Positions 37,465-47,985 of a stretch of DNA of 64,000 bases are shown here, piece by piece. Origin of the DNA: Lama guanicoe (lineage: Eukaryota); NCBI GenBank assembly GCA_013239625.1, contig MU056050.1, positions 4,339,115-4,403,114 on the forward strand, read 5' to 3'. Position 1 is the stretch's first letter, and every line of letters starts with the position of its first letter. The notes under the pieces were generated by a model, which was not told where the DNA came from, ran no database searches, and saw only the letters and a program-made list of their open reading frames with translations. Both the position numbers and the translations under genes were made by a program.

Positions 37465-38520
37465 TGTTTTTCACCCAACACCAAGTACCTTGTCATTCCA
37501 ACAATTCTCAATTCTCCAACACTATTTGTGGCTCTCAGAAGTCAATTGAATTCTGACATTAACCAGTGTTAATGCAGAGCCCATAAGTTAAGGCTTGGTT
37601 CCAGAAGACTGCCCTAACTTCAAATGCCAGTTATAAGTCCTGTGGGCCACATAACTTATTGCCAACCAGCCATAAAGTTGGATATTCCTACAACCCAGCC
37701 CTCAAGTTTAATAATTCACTAGAACAACCCACAGAACTCAAGAAAGTACTGTACGGTTGACTCTTGAACAACATAAGGGTTGTTCAAGGCTGTGTCCCTA
37801 CAACTCTGCACACAGCCAAAAATTCTTGTATAACTTATGGTCAGTCTTCCATATCCATGGTTCGTCCATATTCATGGCTCCAACGGTGGATTAAACCAAC
37901 TGCAGATCACACAGTACTTACTGTTGAAAAAAATCTGCATGTAAGTGGACCCATGCATTTCACATCCGTGTTGTTCAAGAGTCAACTGTAGTTATGATTA
38001 CAATTTTATTATAAAGCATACAACTTAGGAACAGACAAATGGAAGAGATGCATAGGGCAAGGGATGGAGGGATGAAGATGAGGGGCACATGGTTTCTTTG
38101 CCCTCTCCAGACACACCACCTTCCCAGAACATTGATGTTTTCACCAACCCCGAAGTTCCCCAAACTTCATTGTCCAAGAATATTTAATGAAGTTTCAATA
38201 TGTAAGTGTGTTTAATTAAATTATTGGCCGTTGGTGATTAAACTCAGTCTCTAGCCCTTTATCCTCTGTGGAGGTTGAGGAGTGAGGCTGAACGATACCC
38301 TTTAATCATGTGCTTCATTTCTTGGGTAACCAGCCCTCATCCTGAAACTATCTAGGGAGCGGCCAAGAGTCACTTCACTAACATAAACTCAGGTGTAGTA
38401 GAAAGTAGCTTGTTATAAATAACAAAAGACACTCAATCACTCAGGGAATACCAAGGGTTTGAGGAGTTATGTGCACTGGCTGGGGACAAAGACCAAATAT
38501 ATATATTTTTATCATACCAC
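37465..38520 (-). repeat. 3' LTR of the provirus (contains a Tigger insertion)
   Basis: Aligns by eye with 44177-44916 (AAGACTGCC..ACTTCA..GCCAGT, TAAACTCAGTCTCTAGCC, CAAGAGTCA). Confidence 0.85.
37754..37988 (-). mobile_element. Tigger2/MER8-like non-autonomous TcMar DNA transposon
   Basis: Terminal inverted repeats CGGTTGACTCTTGAACAACA / TGTTGTTCAAGAGTCAACTG, TA target duplication at 37752-37753 and 37989-37990, absent from the sister LTR. Confidence 0.9.
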
Positions 38521-38849
38521 TCTGATTCTTTCCCATAGTGCCTATGTGGTAAGAGTATCATAAAAGTCAAAAGATACTGGTACATTACTGGAATCCATTC
38601 AGTCATTAATAATTAGTCCAAGTTCATCATATCATATGAAAATATCTCCCAGGGTGGGCCAGTCGGATTTGCAGGCTTCCATTTGATCTTGTCAGTTTCC
38701 AAAAGCAGACATAGATTCAGTAATACATGCTTTTACCCTTTCAAGCATCTAGTATAATTGAGTTAAGAGACAATATCATCTCTTGCTCTGAGCCTCCTTT
38801 GAGGTGTTAATCTAATATTGGATTTCCCTTTTACTTACACATTTATTCG

Positions 38850-40665
38850 ATCCTTTACCTTTGCTACTGTTCCTCCTTATCTTTATTTATATCCAAACAT
38901 TTCCACCTTTCAAAGGGACGTTAAGTTCAGCCACTGTGCTAGTCTAGATTGCAGGCGGCAAATACTAGTCTAGCAAGTGCCTCCCCCTCAGTCCATTCCC
39001 ATTCATATAGGTAGGTTCCACAGATACAGAACTAATGGGCTATTTTTATCACTAGGCAATGTAGCTGCATTCATTATAAAACCCAATTTTGCCAGATGGG
39101 ATGAAGGCATAACCTGCTTAGGAATTTTGACATGAGGATTTAAATTTATAGTTACAATTTTTTTTTGCTTAAGAAGTCATCTCTGTTTCTGCACTTCCAG
39201 TTTCATCCCTGGCCTAGCGACCACTGGAATTGTTGTAGGGAAGAAAAAGTGTAGTATCATACCAGCATCCTCCACTGTCCCCTCTTTCTCAGCCCCACCA
39301 GAGAAACAGATGAATATCTAATGGGGACACTCCCTGAGCACTCCTCATGTTGAGTGTGAGCACACACTCTTAAAGCACGTAAGCCAGCCCTCCATGCCTT
39401 TATCTCTTCCCATTTTAGACAATCAATGTTTCGATTGGCAATTCCAAATCTCTATCAAACTGTTACTCTCAGAGGAGTATCTTTTGGCCCATTGTTGGAC
39501 ATTATGGGCTATAAAGTGTGCTCCTTGTGTGAAGAAATGTGACTCAGGGGTCCAAATTGCTGCAATATTTTCTGTTTCAGTTCTTTTATAGCACTCTAAG
39601 CATGTGCATCTAAGCAAAGCCCAGTCCTGACTCGATATCTATTTCTGTCTGGGTCCCTTGGTAGCCCCCTGGGGCTACTGGCATCAGTCTGACATGACAG
39701 CTACATTAAGAGGCTTCCCCCCAGGATTCTGCAGTCTCTTCCTTTCTTTTTGGCAAACAGAACAGCTCTTACTGGCATTTTATGCTTCAAAGACTGTAAG
39801 AGGAACATGTTTGGTTCTGCCTTTCTCTGCATTGCTGCAGTTGTCCTATAGCCATTCATTTCAGGGACCCAAGCAGCCACCTTAGGTAAGCAGACCAAGA
39901 TATCCTACTGGTCGATTCCAATCACCTTCTAAACCTAGAAGAGGATTCTTGTGTTGGGCATTAACATATCTTACTTTATTGAACTCCTCAAATGCTCATT
40001 GTGACATCCTTAGTGCCATGCCTCATAAGGCATCCCCTTCATAGGCCAGTTTTCCATTGCTTTTCTTCTTGACCAAATGACCAGGTCATCGGCCACTGCC
40101 TATGAGTCAGTGAAATCCAAAACATCATGACAAGCAATATACAACCGAGCCATTGAGCTATTTTGGTTTTATCTTCTTTGATCACAATGGTGGCATTTCA
40201 AAGAGGTTGTTCATACATCTTGGAACTGTCATCCATAAACCAAACAGCTCTTTGTTGGTCAGTTAAGAGCTGTTAATAGGGCCCTGTCCAAGTGACAATA
40301 AAATCTGGCAGGTCCTCATATGGTTCCAGAATCAATCCTGGGGGAAAAGAGTCTACCTGCTTGATACACTGAGTAACTCCCTGCATTTCCTCAGTAAGAT
40401 GTTCCTGTATAAATCATTTGCATTTTATTATGGAACATTTTTAGGCACTGACCTCCCATTAGAAGCATTTCTCCAATATCTCCCATGACATTTCAGATAT
40501 TTCCAGCTTCAAAATTATTTATGTGCTTCAATCATATGGGCAGTTTCAATTATTGTCAGATCACAAGCTCGTAATTGCCCCTTAAATGGAAATTCTCTAG
40601 TCCAAAGATCCAGTAGTCGTTGCTGGGAGCCACTTTTGCCACGAGCTCCAGTCTAGGCTCCACGT
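38850..40665 (-). pseudogene. pol: Decayed ERV-L pol C-terminal half: tether, RNase H, integrase, dUTPase-like
   Basis: QRLLDLWTREFPFKGQLRAC (tether); VWFMDDSS and FTDS*AVADDL (RNase H); QGAHFIAHNVQQWAK..LIEIWN (IN); PSSHLAKLG..GEALARLV (dUTPase-like). Many stops and frameshifts. Confidence 0.8.
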
Positions 40666-40754
40666 ATGGCTCTTGTACAGAGAATTCGTCTGTACCAGCA
40701 CTCCAGGTTATATTCTATACTTTGTCTATACTCTGGTAACTTTATTTATTCTTA

Positions 40755-41300
40755 TTTAGCATGTCCAATTAAGATTGTTGCAAGGGTAGATTTGTATGCC
40801 TTCTGTTTTACAATGCTGGGTAGGGGAACTGTTCTCCAGTCAACCATAATATTTATCCCACATTGCATATTATATTCAGGTGAAAGAGACACAACCACCT
40901 CATATAAAGCCTGTTCAAACATAGCAATTTGTGTCCAAACTTTCACTTTAATCCCACCCACTCTTACATTCCCAACCATAGCCTCTATTTGTACTTCATC
41001 AACAGGTTTTGGTTTTATAGTACCAGGTAAAGTAAGTACTCTCCAGTCACACATAATATCTATTCCCATAAAACATGCAGGTAACGGAGACATGACTCCT
41101 TTTCAGAAAGCCTGCTTAAACATTCCAAATTTCATCTGACTTAACCTCAACCTTCTCAATCTTTGCATATGTACAGTCTCTCAATCTAGTTGTGGCTTGC
41201 ATTAGGGTTTATCCAACAGACTTTGGTACCACAGTGCATGAGGCTCCCATGTCACAGAGTCCCAGAAACATCTTTTCTCCACTCTCTTTTAACCTACACA
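40755..41300 (-). pseudogene. pro: Decayed retroviral aspartic protease with internal tandem duplication
   Basis: FLGLCDMGASCTVVP (DTG motif read as DMG at 41245-41253), then two copies of the SP-x-C-x-GIDI-x-DW-like C-terminal motif. Confidence 0.8.
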
Positions 41301-42025
41301 TGTGCATAAGACTTTGGGACCTAGAAGCAGACAAGCCTAGGGACCTTTTGCTAATCTGTCTGATTATTGCCTCAGGCGTTTCTAGGATGGGTTCACAATG
41401 TAATTTTTGCCTTTCAGCTTTTCAAATTCCTCCAAACTAGAGTAAATTAAGCATATTTATTTGGGACCCTTTAATGAGGGAGATTAGCAAGAGGTCGCAT
41501 TGTTTCACCTAACCTTCCACAGTGCTGTGTTAAGACCTTTGTTTGAATCCCATCAATATCTTTTTTTATTCTTTTCTTAATAACCATCTAAAGATTTCCA
41601 TCCTGCTAGAATGAGTCCCTTGACTCTCCCCTCTGCCTCTCCTTATTCTCTAGTTAATTAATCAAATGCATTTATTAGCATCTGTAAGACCCACAAGGGA
41701 AAGCTGAGTCAGCAAACTCCCTAAAATGGCTCCAACTGTTGTTAGATTTCACAATAGTATGTGGGATGCCTGTGTAAAAGGAGCCCTCTTAATCACAGTG
41801 TTTCTCCTGACCTGGGGAAAGGTCATGTCAAGTCGGTGAATGTTCCTGTCATCAAAGAGCTAGTACCAAATGGCTTGCTTGAGAAGCTTACCAACTGCTT
41901 CCTACAGGGTTTTCCACTTGGCATTTATTTATACCGGGAGTCAAACAGCCCCCTTCTCAGGGTAAACAGACTTTGCATTGGTTTTAATCCAGGCCACCAG
42001 GCTGGCTGTTTCCTCACGAACAACC

Positions 42026-42840
42026 TATCCTATTAGAAGGCTAGGACATAACAGACTGGGTGGCTTCAACAACAGAAATGTATTATCTCACAGTTCTGGA
42101 GGCTGGAAGCCCAATCTCAAGGTGATAGTGTGTTTGATTTCTTTTGAGATCTCTCTCCTTGGCTTGCAATGACTGCCTTCTCCCTGTGTCCTCACATGTT
42201 CTTTCCTCCATGTATGCACACCCCTGAGGTCTTTCTGTGTGTCCAAATTTCTGCTTCCGATAAGGACACCTGTTAGACTGGATGACCTCATTTAACCTGG
42301 ATTACCTCTTTAAAGTCCTATCTCCAAATATAGTCACATTCTGAGGCACTGGGAGTTAGAGATTCAGCATATGAATTTGAGAGGAACACAATTCAGTCCA
42401 CAACATTGTGTCCTCTGGGCTTTCCAAAATTTATGTACTTCTTACATCCAAAATACATTCACCCTCACCCCAACAGCCATACTGTCTTAAACTATTCCAT
42501 CATCAACTCTAAATCCCAAATCTCATGTAAATCAAGGATGGGTGAGACTGGAGGTATGTTTCATCTGAGGCAAAATTTCTCTCCAGCTGTGAATCTGTGT
42601 AACTGAACAAGTTATCTGTTTCTAAAATACAATGGTGGCACAGGCGCAGTGTACACATTCCCATTCAAAAGGGAGAAATTAGAGGAAAAGTGGAGTCCCT
42701 GATCCCAGTCAAGTTCAAAACCTTGAGGGGCAAAGTCCATTAGATTTTAAGGCTCAAAAATAATCATTTTGGCTCAATGCTCTGTCCCTTAGACCCACTA
42801 GGGTATTGATCCTAACCCCTGAATTCTGAGTGGCAGCCCC
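42026..42840 (-). mobile_element. MaLR MLT1-type 3' LTR (to 42405) plus about 430 bp of MaLR internal sequence, inserted in gag
   Basis: CAGACTGGGTGGCTTCAACAACAGAAATGTATTATCTCACAGTTCTGGAGGCTGGAAG; the internal part resembles 56540-56830. Confidence 0.8.
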
Positions 42841-42859
42841 TGAGGTCCTAAGGCCAATT

Positions 42860-43376
42860 CAGCTCATAACATTTGCTGTGTGTCTAGATCATGTATTGTT
42901 CATAATTGTTCCACAGTGAGCTCTGAGTCCTGCTTCAGCCCAAACATGCTCTTCCACTCTATGGCATTGAAAATCTCTAAGGTAGTCACTCTTAGAATCC
43001 ATTTTAGTAAAGGTTCTTTAGGGAGCTGATGATACCAATCCATGAAATGAGACAATTCCTTCACACAGTACTCCCTGATTTCAGTAGTTTCTTGGTTTTG
43101 CCTTTCCCCCATGTGGACTACCATCTTGGTGACCAAAGTCTTAAAGGTGGTGTCTGTTGTCCTGGCATAATTTTTTTCTTTGTTGGTAGCTTTGAGGCTG
43201 GTGGTCAGAGCTCAGACAGATTGAAAACTGAGCTTGGTCCAGCGTTGATGTCCAACTCAGCACTCTTTAATTTCATTTTAGCTATTACAGATAACAATAA
43301 CCAATGGGTTCTATTATTTTACTTTTTTCTCATCAGTTTGCATTTCCTTATACAATCACTGAATCAGCTTCCCAGG
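42860..43376 (-). pseudogene. gag: ERV-L gag remnant
   Basis: EYCVKELSHFMDWYHQLPKEPLLKWILRV resembles the ERV-L gag Y-x-x-KEL..Y.Q..E...WILRV motif. Confidence 0.7.
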
Positions 43377-43897
43377 TGTGATGGTTAATTTTATGTATCA
43401 ACTTGACTGGGTTAAAAGGATGCCCAGATAGCTGGTAAAACATTATTTCTGGGTGTGTCTTTGAGAGTGTTTCTGGAAGAGATTAGCATTTGATTCAGCA
43501 GACTAAGTAAAGAGATATGCCTTCATCAGTATGGGCATCATCCAATTAGTCTGAAGTCCAGATGTAACAAAAAGGTGAAGGAAGGATGAACTTTCTCTTT
43601 CTCTCTCTTCTGTTCTTGAGCTGGGCCATCCATCTTTTCCTGCCCTTGGACATTAGAGCTCCTGGTTCTCTGGCCTTTGGACTCTGAGACTTATACCAGC
43701 CCCTGGGTTCTCAGGTCTTTGGCCTTTAACTAGGACCAGCACCATTGGCTCACCTGGTTCTGAGGCCTTCAGACTCTAACTGAATTACACCACTGGCTTT
43801 TCTAGGTCTCTAGTCTGCAAACGGCAGAAATGGCAGGCTGTGGGATTTCTCTGCTTCCATAACCACGTGAAGCAATTCTTTCTCTCTCTCTCTAAAT

Positions 43898-43928
<31 letters not shown>

Positions 43929-43987
43929 CACACACACACACACACATTTTATTGGTTCTGTCTCTCTGAAGAACTCTGACTAATACA
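43377..43987 (+). mobile_element. MLT2-type ERV-L solo LTR inserted in gag, with (CT)n(CA)n microsatellite
   Basis: TGTGATGGTTAATTTTATGTATCAACTTGACTGG start and ATTGGTTCTGTCTCTCTGAAGAACTCTGACTAATACA end. Confidence 0.9.
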
Positions 43988-44152
43988 CTGGAAGTTGGAT
44001 CCATCTCTAAATTCCATGGGTAATTTTATCCAGCAATTGATTGCAGTACAGATGTTGTCCCATACCATGTTTGACCATGTGGCCACCCAGGAATCAAAAA
44101 TTCCACATCCTACACTCTTTCATCTTTTCTCTTCCCAAACTACATGTTTGAA

Positions 44153-44174
44153 GATCCCATATTTTCTGACACTA
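44153..44174 (-). other. Degenerate tRNA-Leu primer binding site
   Basis: Minus strand ..CA TT TAGTGTCAGAAAATATGGGATC versus the Leu PBS TGGTGTCAGAAGTGGGAT, 2 nt from the LTR end. Confidence 0.7.
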
Positions 44175-44176
44175 AA

Positions 44177-44916
44177 TGCTTATTTTTTCTGATATTAAAC
44201 ATGTTGCTGTTTCAATAGCGGTTCTCATTTCTTCAACACCGAGTGTCCCAGAATTTAATTTAATCCTAACACTAACTATGTGAAGTTAATGCAGACTCTA
44301 CAAGTGAAGGTCTCAGTCCACAAGACTGCCTTCACTTCAGGTGCCAGTCACAAGTCCCAGGGGCCACCTGCACTTCTGACCATACAACTGTAAAATTGAA
44401 GATTCCCATGAACCCCTCCTCAAGTTTGATAATTTGTTAAAATGATGCATAGAACTCAGGAAAGTGCTATACCAAATATTATAAAAGATACAACTTAGAA
44501 ACAGTCAAATGGAAGGGGTACATAGGGCAAATTATGGAAGGGAACTGATGAGCAGAGATTCCATGCCCTCTCCAGGCATGCCATCATGTTGGTATATCAA
44601 TACGTTCACCAAACCAAAAGATCCTTGAACTTTGTTGTTCAAGGGTATTTAATGAAGCCTCATTACATAGGTGTGATTGATTAAATCACTGGCCATTAGT
44701 GAGTAAACTCAGTCTCTAGCCTTCTACCCTCCCTGGAGATTGAGGGTGGGGCTGAACGTTTCAATCTTCTAATCACATAATCGGTTCTGTTGGCAACCTG
44801 CCTCCATCTTGAAGCTACCTACGGGCAGTCAAGAGTCATTTAATCAGTATAAACTCAGGGAAGGAAGAAAGGGCCTTGTTATAAACAATGTATAATAATA
44901 AATGTATTATTCCACA
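44177..44916 (-). repeat. 5' LTR of the provirus (deletion of under 100 bp near its U3 start)
   Basis: Homologous to 37465-38520; lacks most of the equivalent of about 38425-38500. Confidence 0.85.
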
Positions 44917-45000
44917 AGTGTATATAAGGCATGTTTAAGAATGATACCCCAAACTTACAGAGTATTGCCTCAGAACTGATACTTCATGTGCACACTTAGC
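44917..45000 (-). mobile_element. Continuation of the older host ERV-L integrase
   Basis: LSVHMKYQF*GNTL*VWGIILKHALYTL joins in frame to NKD at 37459 when the provirus and one TSD are removed. Confidence 0.75.
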
Positions 45001-45136
45001 AGGCAAGTCCCACAAATCAATTAGATTTAAAAATACAACTGTGGCAATAATTGGGAAAATGGTCTAGAGAAAAGAGAATATACTAATAAGGTTATCAATA
45101 ATGAGGCTATTGAAATAAATAGTTCAACAGGAAAAA

Positions 45137-45712
45137 TGAGAAGATAGTGGAGGGGAGGGAAAACTTCCTTCTACCTCTTGGGTTCTGTGGTTGAGCCCAA
45201 GAATTAGACTGACACAAGACAGATTTATAGGGGAAAAGCATACAAATTTTTTAAAATATTTTTATGTTCACACAAGGGTCTTCATAAGGAAAATGAAGAA
45301 CTAAAGAGACAAGACTGAGAGCTTATACACTTTTTTCATACAAAGAAATGATACATTTGTGAAAAAAAAGAGAGAGAGAAAACAAAGGAGTTTGAGCTAG
45401 GGGCAGTAAATCTGGGGACAGTTAATAGGAACCACATAGGAGACACTTACAGAAGATAAGGATTATTTTAGTAAGTTTGTTTGCACAGATCCACTCTGCT
45501 GTCAACTCACGTCTTGGGTGATAAGAATTTTCTTTTCTTCCTGGTACAGGGAGGGCACCTTTCTCATGAGGTATTTTATGACCTGCTTTTATGTAAAAAG
45601 GGGGAAATTGAAGAGCCCTTTCTACATTTTCCCTTTCTCAAATACCTTCAACTCAAAATAACCAACATGGCAAAGCAGCATATTTTAGGGTGGCATGTTC
45701 TGAACCCTTTCA
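45137..45712 (-). mobile_element. Solo LTR, ERV1 class (MER34-like)
   Basis: Minus strand starts TGAAAGGGTTCAGAACATGCCACCCTAAAATATG..TTATTTTGAGTTGAAGG; AAAA on both flanks. Confidence 0.7.
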
Positions 45713-45719
45713 AAAATGA

Positions 45720-46800
45720 AAGTAGAAATGGAAGGGATAAAAAAATGTGAATGGTATTTAGGAGGTATAATTGGTTGAGTTAGTTGAAGTAGTAGATATG
45801 GATATTGATGAGAAGTAAAGAGTCAATGATAAATTTGGAGCTTGAGGTGGGAAGAAATAGATGACATTAAATAAGATGTGGAATACAGGAGTAAGAATGG
45901 GTTTTGATTATAGAGTAAATATGGGTTTGATTTTGGATAGGCTACATTTGAAGCATCTGATGGATACTTCTAGTAAGTTCATATATGTATGAAACAGATC
46001 AAGTTTGGGGAGATAGATTTTGAAGTTATCTTTACATAAATTGCATATAATGCCATTTGGTTGTGTAATATATTTGGAATAACATATAGAGCAAGAAGAG
46101 ATGGCCAAAGATAAGACTTTGGGGCAAGATTAATATCTAGAAGTTGGAGGGAAACAAATCAGCAAAGAAAATTGATAAGATGAAATAGTAGCATTGCTAG
46201 GCTGTATGATAGTTATATATTTAATTGTATTAAAAGCCACCAAACAGTTTTCTAAGGAAAAGAAAGGTGGAAAAAAAAGATGAAATAGTAAGAGAGTGAG
46301 TTTGAAAGTCGTAGCCTGGAAAAAATATATGAGAAGTAATAGTGACAGAAATCTATGGAAGGACTTTCTTATGAACTGATGAAGATAGCTCAAGTAGGGA
46401 AGTTACTTAAGAGGCCACTGGATTTAGCAATCAAAGGGTCTTTGGTTTTAAAAAAAGGAGGTCAAGGACGACTTCAACAGTTTCAGTAAAGTAGGTGAGA
46501 CAAAAACTATTGCGGTGGATTGGAAAGTGAAAGCAAGTGGAGAATCATCCAGAACTGAATGGTGTCAACAAGTCGATGATGAGAGAAAAGAGGAAAATAG
46601 GACAATAGCTGGTGGAGGGATAACTAGCTTGGGGAAGGTGTTTTTAAAATGGATAACCCTGTGTGTTTCTACATGCCAAATAGAGGAAATCAGTGGAAAG
46701 GAAGACATCGCAAATGAGAAGGCAAAGCATAACAATTCAGTAAAGGTTCTGGGGTAGGCTTGAGGGAATTGGGAAAGAACACATTAGGAACAGTTAGCTG
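45720..46800 (-). mobile_element. Degenerate LINE-2
   Basis: Purine-rich L2 antisense motifs (CCACTGGATTTAGCAAT, CAGTTTCAGTAAAGT). Confidence 0.55.
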
Positions 46801-47247
46801 TAGAAAAGATAGCACTTCTTCTACTCTGGATGCAAGCAAAGCTATTTTAAAATTTTGTTACGCTTAGTCCACTCTATCATGTTATTAACTGCTAATTTTC
46901 AATTCTCTGTTATACAGAAGACAGAAATAGGGAGAATCCACATTTTAATATAAACAAAAGGTCTGTGTTCCACTGGATCAAACTGTAAGGCTGGGAAGAT
47001 GGCTATGGCGGAACAGTGGTGAAGAGAATCCATAGAGTAGAAAAAAAGGGGTTGCCTTTATAACGAGAGCAGGCTTTTGAAAGAGATGACAAGGAATTGA
47101 TTGCTTTGAATTAAGAAAATTAGAATAACAAACAAACTATATGTAAAAGTCAACTTTTGTAAAAAAAAATCTTTCAAAAGTATTAAAGTTGTATAAGTAT
47201 GTGTGAGTACTCCAACTCCTAATGCATTGTATGCACTGGAAAAAAAA

Positions 47248-47985
47248 AAAGAAACATAAAAATCTCTTCAAAGACCAAGGAAGGCTATTTGCATTTTATT
47301 TTTATCTGGTTGTTTCTGTCAAAGCCCTCAAAACAACAAAAATTCCCTAATGTAATTTCTAGCTGTTTTACAGTGCCGCATTAAAGGTCTTCATATTGAA
47401 ACACCAGAGATAGACCTGCACTGAATTAAAGGACTGATAGAATCTGGGAGGATGAATCCATGGTACATTGCTGTGTCAGCAAACTTGCCATTTGCTGAAT
47501 CAGAGCTGATAAACAGCAAAATCAATTTAAACAATCATAACAGTTAATCCATTCTTGCGAGCATTACCAACTCTAGACAGTGGGTATGCTAGATAGTAAA
47601 ATAAGTGTTAAAGGCTAAAGAAACATAAAAATCTCTTCAAAGACCAAGGAAGGCTATTTGCATTTTATTTTTATCTGGTTGTTTCTGTCAAAGCCCTCAA
47701 AACAACAAAAATTCCCTAATGTAATTTCTAGCTGTTTTACAGTGCCGCATTAAAGGTCTTCATATTGAAACACCAGAGATAGACCTGCACTGAATTAAAG
47801 GACTGATAGAATCTGGGAGGATGAATCCATGGTACATTGCTGTGTCAGCAAACTTGCCATTTGCTGAATCAGAGCTGATAAACAGCAAAATCAATTTAAA
47901 CAATCATAACAGTTAATCCATTCTTGCGAGCATTACCAACTCTAGACAGTGGGTATGCTAGATAGTAAAATAAGTGTTAAAGGCT
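47248..47985. repeat. Perfect tandem duplication, 2 x 369 bp (47248-47616 and 47617-47985)
   Basis: Base-by-base comparison by eye found no mismatch. Confidence 0.97.

Larger units (their letters stand above)
37465..44916 (-). mobile_element. MER21-like ERV-L provirus (non-autonomous, decayed): LTR-PBS-gag-pro(x2)-tether-RNaseH-IN-dUTPase-LTR
   Basis: TG..CA outer termini, perfect 5 bp TSD AGTGT (37460-37464 and 44917-44921), two homologous LTRs, Leu-type PBS, recognisable ERV-L peptide remnants. Confidence 0.9.

Noticed and set aside
38520..39300. Possible env gene between pol and the 3' LTR
   Set aside because: Translations resemble dUTPase and integrase tail. No furin site, immunosuppressive domain or transmembrane segment was seen.
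40666..41139. 157 aa plus-strand ORF
   Set aside because: It is the antisense shadow of the decayed ERV protease region, with no independent evidence of coding.
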